A stretch of DNA of 64,000 bases from Candidatus Latescibacterota bacterium (GTDB taxonomy: Bacteria; Latescibacterota; UBA2968; UBA8231): the NCBI GenBank assembly GCA_965197905.1, contig CBDAOB010000005.1:1504001-1568000 (forward strand). The letters are read 5' to 3'. Shown here in pieces: positions 58,208 through 64,000 of this stretch. The position numbers and the translations under genes were made by a program. How positions within the stretch are numbered: position 1 is the stretch's first letter; every line of letters starts with the position of its first letter. The notes beneath the pieces were generated by a model. That model worked only from the letters and a program-made list of their open reading frames with translations, did not search any database and had not been told where the DNA came from.

Positions 58208-58236
58208 TTGACACCCCTATGGGCATTACCTATTCT
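58208..58236 (+). promoter_or_regulatory. Sigma70-type promoter for the HU-bS22-tRNA unit
   Basis: TTGACA-N17-TATTCT. Confidence 0.65.
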
Positions 58237-58310
58237 AGGAGTTGCAGTTACGATAACTCAGCGGCAGCAGTGACAGCCGAGATTCGCCGCTCAGGTAGGG
58301 AGGGTTGGTC

Positions 58311-58640
58311 TTGACCAAAGCAGACATTGTTCGTCAGATAGCCCAAGGAACGGGACTTACGAAGACAGATACCGCAGCTGTTGTCGACAGCTTTATCGAA
58401 TCGGTTATAGAAGCGATGGAGCAGGGACAGCATATCGAGATTCGAGGTTTTGGTACGTTCAGAACGGTTGTCCGCGCGCCACGTACAGGGCGCAACCCGA
58501 GAACCGGTTCGGAAGTCAAGATATCGAGCCGTCGCGCGCCAACGTTCAAACCGTCCAAAGAGCTTCGGGATCGAGTAGAGCAGAACTCAACATCAGGAGA
58601 AAAGAAAGATGCCGTGTGGGAGGAAGAGAAAGCGGCATAA
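58311..58640 (+). CDS. hup: HU/IHF-family DNA-binding protein
   Basis: TKADIV, IEIRGFGTF, GRNPRTG, FKPSKEL. Confidence 0.93.
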   Translation: MTKADIVRQIAQGTGLTKTDTAAVVDSFIESVIEAMEQGQHIEIRGFGTFRTVVRAPRTGRNPRTGSEVKISSRRAPTFKPSKELRDRVEQNSTSGEKKDAVWEEEKAA

Positions 58641-58704
58641 GATCGCTACTCACAAACGCAAAAAACGACTCCGAAAGAATCGACACAAGAAAGGGATCAA
58701 CTAG
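58609..58704 (+). CDS. bS22/AURKAIP1/COX24-type basic ribosomal peptide (31 aa; not in the ORF track)
   Basis: MPCGRKRKRHKIATHKRKKRLRKNRHKKGIN*; AGGAG RBS upstream. Confidence 0.88.
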   Translation: MPCGRKRKRHKIATHKRKKRLRKNRHKKGIN

Positions 58705-58719
58705 CTCTCCGTCGGATTC

Positions 58720-58796
58720 GGGCTATTAGCTCAGTTGGATAGAGCGCCAGTCTCCGGAACTGGAGGTCGCAGGTTCGAATCCTGCATAGCTCACCA
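58720..58796 (+). tRNA. tRNA-Arg(CCG)
   Basis: Acceptor GGGCTAT/ATAGCTC, anticodon arm CCAGT-CTCCGGA-ACTGG, GTTCGAATC, encoded CCA. Confidence 0.95.
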
Positions 58797-58814
58797 GTTG
58801 TCGCTCTCATAGGT

Positions 58815-58892
<78 letters not shown>

Positions 58893-58906
58893 TGATTTCT
58901 TCGAAG

Positions 58907-58945
58907 AGAAAGGGCTTTGGGCTTCGTAGCTCAGAGCCCCTTCTT
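58907..58945 (+). terminator. Long hairpin between the tRNA genes (terminator or processing signal)
   Basis: AGAAAGGGCTTTGGGCT-TCGT-AGCTCAGAGCCCCTTCT. Confidence 0.5.
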
Positions 58946-58954
58946 ATCCTAAAA

Positions 58955-59032
58955 CGGGGTGTAGCGCAGCCCGGCTAGCGCACCTGCTTCGGGAGCAGGG
59001 GGTCGGCGGTTCGAATCCGCCCACCCCGACCA
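58955..59032 (+). tRNA. tRNA-Pro(CGG)
   Basis: Acceptor CGGGGTG/CACCCCG, anticodon arm CCTGC-TTCGGGA-GCAGG, GTTCGAATC, CCA. Confidence 0.95.
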
Positions 59033-59036
59033 TTGT

Positions 59037-59074
59037 AAACCCTTGTGAGACACGATCTTGCAGGGGTTTTATTT
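59037..59074 (+). terminator. Terminator hairpin after tRNA-Pro(CGG)
   Basis: AAACCCTTGTGAGA-CACGA-TCTTGCAGGGGTTT followed by TATTT. Confidence 0.65.
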
Positions 59075-59102
59075 GTCCCCTCTCTGGTCTGTATTGGGCA
59101 AA

Positions 59103-59121
59103 TGTGCACGGATTGTGCACG
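59103..59121 (+). repeat. 8-bp direct repeat, candidate tyrosine-integrase arm-type sites
   Basis: TGTGCACG-GAT-TGTGCACG (11-bp period), 70 nt downstream of the tRNA 3' end. Confidence 0.5.
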
Positions 59122-59575
59122 AACTTGGGAGTAAACGTGCAGATCAATATCGCTGAGCAGCAGGTGAATGTAGCTGGATAAGTTTCAGCTTCAGTGCACC
59201 CTCCTCCAGGTAGCCGCTGAATGCCGGCCTTACCACTGGATCCCCCGAGCCTGAAGCTCCCGTCTCAATTTTTGCAGGGCTCCGCCAACCACGCGCCCAT
59301 TCCGGGATTTCGAATTCTTCATGAACGGAACTACAAATCACTGCAAATGAGCCCACCTGCGTTCGGAGTCAACTATACTTCGAGGTGCTGCAATCAAGAA
59401 CTGCTTCTTCAGGCGCAAAACCCCATTGCAGTTTTAGCAGGTTCATGTTGCTTTTGAGATTCCCTGAACGAAGCGATTCCACCTGCTTGCTAAGGTATGT
59501 CTGGTAAAAACTTGTTGTTTCTGCAAGACTGTTTAGAATTTGATGGTCTTGCAGAACCAAGAGGAGGTAATCGGC

Positions 59576-60040
59576 ATGCCAAATCCAGGAGTGCTGGAAA
59601 GAGTTGGATCGACAGCAGAACGGCTGCGCCAGCTGCCGTACGAGAAGCGGGTGTGCAAGACGGAAGCCTACCCCGCGGTCTCCCGGCCGAACAAAGAGTA
59701 CACCGGACTGTCCGTCGCTGAGTTCGCCGAATGGGCCGCGGATGTGGGCCTGGAGGCCACGGTTCTGAAGGGAGGAATCGATCGCGGCACCCTGGCAAAT
59801 GCGGAGAGCGGCGTCTTTCTGGAAAGCGCCCACGGGATCCCGCACGTGCGCATTAAAACACCGTCGCATCGGCACGATGACGCCCCGGAGTTCAACCCCA
59901 TCTACGACATCACCTCCGATCCTCAGCAGCAGGATCCCATCCGCGACCCGAACCTCGAAGCGGAGCTCGCCGGCAGAATGAAGGAGCAACTCCAGCGCTT
60001 CGGAGCTCCGGAATGTCAGTACGCCCGCCTCGGACTGTAG
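59576..60040 (+). pseudogene. Chimeric ORF carrying only the C-terminal part of a sulfatase
   Basis: C-terminus IYDITSDPQQQDPI.D...APECQYARLGL is typical of sulfatases; no CxPxR motif; unrelated N-terminus with GAGGAGG RBS. Confidence 0.6.
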
Positions 60041-60042
60041 GA

Positions 60043-62068
60043 GTGAAGCCTCTCCCGCGAAGCCAGACCCAGTTTTCCGACGCCGATTTTCTTGGCGAAT
60101 TCGACCTCACACACCGCGGACTGAGCCGCGTCAGAAAGCATTTCGACGCGGGAGATCTTCCAAAGGCGCGGAGTGCGCTGGTCGAGTATTTCCGCACCCG
60201 CCGCCGGCCCCGCTGGCTCTTCGATCTCCGGGACGGCCGCCGGGGCGAGGTCTGCCACCTCTGGCAACCCGAGCTTCGCTGTCGAGCTCGGGACCACCTG
60301 AGCAAGGCGAACCTCGCCCTCGACAACCATTTCGTCCTGGTGGACGGGATAGAGCGCGAGTTCGGTCCGGACCTCGATTGGGTGACACCCGAAACCCGCA
60401 GCCTGATGCCCCCCGGCAACCTCTTCAAATGCTGCCACGTCCTGCGACACCTCGCCGTCGCCCACGCCTCGACGCGAAAGGCCGTCTACGCCGCGAAGTT
60501 CGCCGAACTCGCCTCCAGGTGGGTCTCCGACTGGCCGCTGAAGCTCGACCGATCGTTCACCGGCGAGGCGATGATCTTCTCGAAGTACTACGGCGAAAAG
60601 ACGATGCCTGCCGGCCACCGGCTCTTCAACTGGATAACCTGTCTTCAGAGCGGGATCCTGTTTGCCCCCAGCGTTCCCGGCGATACGGCCTTCGCCTTTA
60701 TCAAGGCGATGTGGTTCGCCGCCGCCGCCTACCAACATTTCGCGCGCCTGGCCTACAAGCACACCGACCCACGCGCCGCCACGCGCACCTACAACGTCCC
60801 GGGAATCATGGGGGCCCACAGCAACCATCACCTGATGTGCTCGGGCAACGTCCCGGCAGTAATGGGGATGTTCTTCCCGGAGACACCCCGTCTGCAGAGT
60901 CTGATCGATCTGGCGCGGAAAAACCTGGCGCTCCACGCAGACGGCAGCTTCCTCTCGGACGGCGGCTACCGGGAGCGCTCCAGCGGCTACTCAGCCGCCG
61001 CCCTCAGCATGTTTCTGGGCCCCCCTCGTGATCGCGAAGCTGAACCGCGTTCGTCTGCTCGACCGCAAAGGCCTGGGTGTCATCCGCAAAGCCAGCGAGC
61101 AGATCGCGCAAACCGTGCTGCCGTCCGGCCACCTGCCGCCAGTGGGCGATTCGTTCCCTCCCGCCGAGCCTGAGATCGCCGGCGTCCTCGGGCTGGCGGA
61201 CTTCGTCTACCGAAGCGAGATCTGCGCCACCGTGCTGCGGCGCACGGGGCTGACTCGACATCTGCCCGCGTCCCTGCGCCCCGACGCTGCCCGCACCAAG
61301 GCTCGCCTGCCCACGGCGATCCGCTACCCCGCCACTGGAATCGGCATCATCCGCAGCTCCTGGCAGCGAACCGCCTCGGCAATGACGATCAACATCCCCG
61401 ACGGCGACAACACCTACACTGGCCACGCCCACGATGACAGTCTGTCGGTCAGCTTCGTCGGCGCAGGCGTCCCCTTTCTGTGGCTGCCGGCAAACGAGCT
61501 CTACGACCACGTCAACGGGAAACGCTACTTCGGCACGGAGTTCCGGGGCTATCTCTACTCCGAGCTCTCCAAGAATGTGGTGCTGGTCCGGGCCGATCTC
61601 CGACAGCTGCCTTTGGAGCTCGCCGACTCCTGGGGGGCGCGGACGATTCCCGTCGACAGCTCTCTCGAGATCGGCCGACGGAGGGCGCGACTCAGGACGA
61701 GCCAGCTCCCGCACCGCGGCAGCACGCGGTGGCGGCGGGAGATCGGCCTATATAACAATGAATGGGCGATCCGGGACCGGGTGGAGGGTAGTAGCGGCGG
61801 ACGCCGACGCCACACCGCCCTGTTCCACTTCGCCTACGGGGTCGATCTGAGCGAAACGAAGCGGGGGTTCGCCGCGACGCGCGACGGCGTCAGGGTGCAC
61901 ATTCAGTTCAGCGATGAGCGCCTTGGAGCGGTGCGGTTGAGGCGCAATGTCAGATGGCTGCGGCCCAACGCGCACCGCAGGGACCAGCCAGCACCCTGGA
62001 CGCTGGAGGTGCGCTTCGGCGGCAGCGACGATGATTCATTACTCACCAGACTCACCGTCCGCGAGTAA
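60043..62068 (+). pseudogene. Heparinase II/III-family polysaccharide lyase split by a single-base frameshift
   Basis: N-terminal part (AL.EYFR.R, YA.KF....W, SNH, DGGY.ERSSGY) joins the C-terminal part (P.GD, IRSSW, GHAHDD.LS, I.DRV.G, FHF) when one C is removed from CCCCCC at 61020-61025. Confidence 0.75.
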
Positions 62069-62482
62069 CGCACACCCTTCCCAGCCAGAACGAGTAGAGC
62101 CTGGCCAGGTGGAGGTCGAATATGATACGCACGGGCTTTTCGAATGCGAGACCGTGGCCCTGCGAGTCCCACTTGATCTTCGCCCTCGTGCTGTCGCCGC
62201 TCAGCGGCTGGCCGATGACGGTAAACCCTCCCGGGAAGCGCTTCAGAGTCTCACCGTCACGATCTCGGGATAGACGGCGCCCCACTTCGCCTCGTAGTTC
62301 AGGTAAACGTCCTCGCCGTTCAGCATAAACGGCTTTGTCGTAATCGTGCCTGCCTCCTCCGCGTCCAGTGACACGAATCCGTCGATCCTCAGCTTCGCCA
62401 GCGACAGAGCCCCACCGTCGTCGAGAATCTCCGGATCCACGTTCAGCCTGAAGAGCTCCCGGTTCCTGTTGAATACTTCGAA
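62052..62482 (-). pseudogene. 3' remnant of a GH32-like/beta-propeller-associated protein, frameshifted and 5'-truncated
   Basis: LAKLRIDGFVSLDA..G.ITTKP and PLSGD....W...VRIIF.L..ARLYSFW; adding one base near 62258 joins the two ORFs (EIVDGETLK). Confidence 0.65.
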
Positions 62483-62502
62483 GTATAGGATAAATAACAC
62501 CG
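62483..62502 (-). mobile_element. IS91/ISCR oriIS-like end
   Basis: Minus strand CGGTGTTATTTATCCTATAC, about 180 nt downstream of the transposase remnant stop. Confidence 0.65.
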
Positions 62503-62680
62503 GTTATCGATAGTCGCGTCGAGGGTCCGTTCCGTGGGGATTTTCGGGGTGACTCGAAGTATATGGGTGGCAGGCTGAGGGAAACGGGCCCGAAGCGCTA
62601 GCGGATCTATTTAGGGCGCCTTGAACGCCGCTTTTATGGCGGCGCTTGAATTGGGTAGACACACTGCGCCCGCGGAAGGA

Positions 62681-62989
62681 TCAGGCGTAGTCGAATTCAG
62701 TCTGCGGTTGGGGTCGCGCGGATGCGATGGGCGGCGCCCGCGCCGGCAAGCCCATCCCTTGTAGACAGCGGCGGATCGAACTGGGGTCGGTGAGGGCGGC
62801 GATGATCTTCATACGACCACCACAGTCCGGACAGCGCGTCACATCGATGCGAAAAACCCGTGCCAGTAGTGTGGCCCAGGAGCGGCGATAGGTGGGCGTC
62901 TGACCCTGCCCGGAATGTCTGCCGCTACAGGTCGCCTCGTCGGCTGCGGCTTGCGTGCTTCCCGATGCTCCAGCATCTCGATTCCGTCG
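62681..62989 (-). mobile_element. C-terminal remnant of an IS91/ISCR-family rolling-circle transposase (not in the ORF track)
   Basis: Translated by hand: ..RRSWATLLARVFRIDVTRCPDCGGRMKIIAALTDPSSIRRCLQGMGLPARAPPIASARPQPQTEFDYA*; catalytic HUH/Tyr region absent. Confidence 0.85.
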
Positions 62990-63127
62990 TCAATGCAAGT
63001 GCCGAGCTATCGGATGGCGCTTCGAGGCTGTTGGGAATGCGCAGAAACGAGCCGAACGATTGGAGCGACTCGATCGACCTGCAGATCCACAAGAATCGTG
63101 AACACCTATTTGCTTGACCATGCATCC

Positions 63128-63147
63128 GCCCTTTATGATTCCTATAC
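63128..63147 (+). mobile_element. Second IS91/ISCR oriIS-like end, opposite orientation
   Basis: Plus strand GCCCTTTATGATTCCTATAC. Confidence 0.5.
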
Positions 63148-63161
63148 TCTGGATCCACGGG

Positions 63162-64000
63162 CTATCCTCCACACTCCAGCACCAGAACCCAATCGCGCCA
63201 CAGCGAGGGACGCTGCACCGCGAACTCCCCATTCGCAACCGCCTCGATCTGGCCCAGGTCGACTTCGGTGCCCGACTTCGGATCGAAGAAATAACAGCGG
63301 TGTTTGACGCCGGTCTCCAGATGCCGCAGTCGCACATCGCCACTCCGTGGAAACGGTATGTAGACGAGACGGACCATGCCAGGTATGCCTCCGGCGTACG
63401 GCTCGAGACGATTCTCCCGGGTGTGGTGCGGCTCGACCCATTCCGGATGCGGTTCGAATTCCCACCAGTGGTAGCGCTCCAGCAGGCTTTTGCCCAGAGC
63501 CACCTGCCCTGAGCCGGGCAACAGGTAGGCATCGTCCCAGGGCAGCTCACCCCAGTCGTTGCCGTGAGGAGACGGACCGAACGGCTTGCCCCGACGGTTG
63601 ATCTGCCAGATGCCGTTGGCCCCATAAGTGAAGCCCATGGCGCCTGACAGCATGGAGCTCCAGAAGAAGAAACGCTGAAACTCCTCGCGGTTGGATTCGA
63701 GAATCCCCTCGTAGCCGACCTCGCCGATGAGCACTGGCATCTTTGGCTCCAGCTCCAGAGAATCGGTGAGCCAGTCGATGGTGCTCGCCCGCCCATCAAT
63801 GTGGCCCGTTTGCAGCATGTCGATATCCAGAACCGACGGATCGTCCACCTGGTCGTGTCCCAGACGGGTGGGATGGATGGTGACCAGGCGGCCGTAGCCG
63901 TCGACGGAGCGGATGTAGCGGGCCATGGCGGACCATGCTGCCCGTACTTTGTTCTGGTATCCGTCGCTCAGGGTCGTCTCGTTCCGTTCCGTGTAGAACG
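63162..64000 (-). CDS. DUF4038/GH140-like (apiosidase-like) protein with C-terminal collagen-binding-like domain, 5' end outside the window
   Basis: D.Y.RL.TIHP, DMLQTGH, PVLIGEVGYEG, GFTYGANGIW, FFDP..G, DWVLVL; frame stays open to the window end. Confidence 0.8.
   Translation of the reverse strand, partial: FYTERNETTLSDGYQNKVRAAWSAMARYIRSVDGYGRLVTIHPTRLGHDQVDDPSVLDIDMLQTGHIDGRASTIDWLTDSLELEPKMPVLIGEVGYEGILESNREEFQRFFFWSSMLSGAMGFTYGANGIWQINRRGKPFGPSPHGNDWGELPWDDAYLLPGSGQVALGKSLLERYHWWEFEPHPEWVEPHHTRENRLEPYAGGIPGMVRLVYIPFPRSGDVRLRHLETGVKHRCYFFDPKSGTEVDLGQIEAVANGEFAVQRPSLWRDWVLVLECGG

Larger units (their letters stand above)
59033..64000. mobile_element. Decayed genomic island adjacent to tRNA-Pro(CGG), continuing past the window end
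   Basis: Abrupt switch from intact housekeeping genes to gene fragments, frameshifts, IS91/ISCR remnants and visibly uneven base composition. Confidence 0.6.

Noticed and set aside
59144..59540. Minus-strand frame interrupted by one TGA at 59369-59371 (possible read-through or pseudogene)
   Set aside because: No recognisable protein family or SECIS-like hairpin; cannot be supported.
60016..60936. 306-aa minus-strand ORF
   Set aside because: Antisense to the heparinase-like gene.
62243..62500. 85-aa ORF as an independent gene
   Set aside because: Its start is supplied by the oriIS-like motif; it is part of the truncated, frameshifted remnant.

Overview
A GC-rich bacterial chromosomal window. 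The gene content (PorV-like barrel, bS22/COX24-type ribosomal peptide, many sulfatase/lyase-type genes) suggests the FCB superphylum, possibly Ca. Latescibacterota; this is inference only. Bases 1-59032 are dense and mostly housekeeping: CBS-korA-korB-CBS, hemE, Moco-maturation genes, an ECF sigma/anti-sigma module, ftsH, cysC, pyrH, purB, a TPAT-type TRAP transporter, mreBC, HU, bS22 and three tRNAs. After tRNA-Pro(CGG) the sequence becomes a decayed island with glycan-degradation gene fragments and IS91/ISCR remnants. The most interesting observations are: (1) a 50-aa ORF missing from the ORF track, just upstream of mreB, that resembles the free C-terminal FliG-binding segment of FliF; (2) a ten-gene PspA/polyamine/K+ channel operon extended by a J-domain protein and a frameshifted PilZ protein; (3) a cluster of a probably inactive glycosidase-fold protein and two paralogous CLec-like proteins; (4) a 665-bp segment bounded by two outward-facing ISCR oriIS-like ends, one exactly truncating a gene; (5) a FlhG/MinD ATPase coupled to a degenerate GT9. 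All family calls come from motif recognition by eye; no database searches were run.
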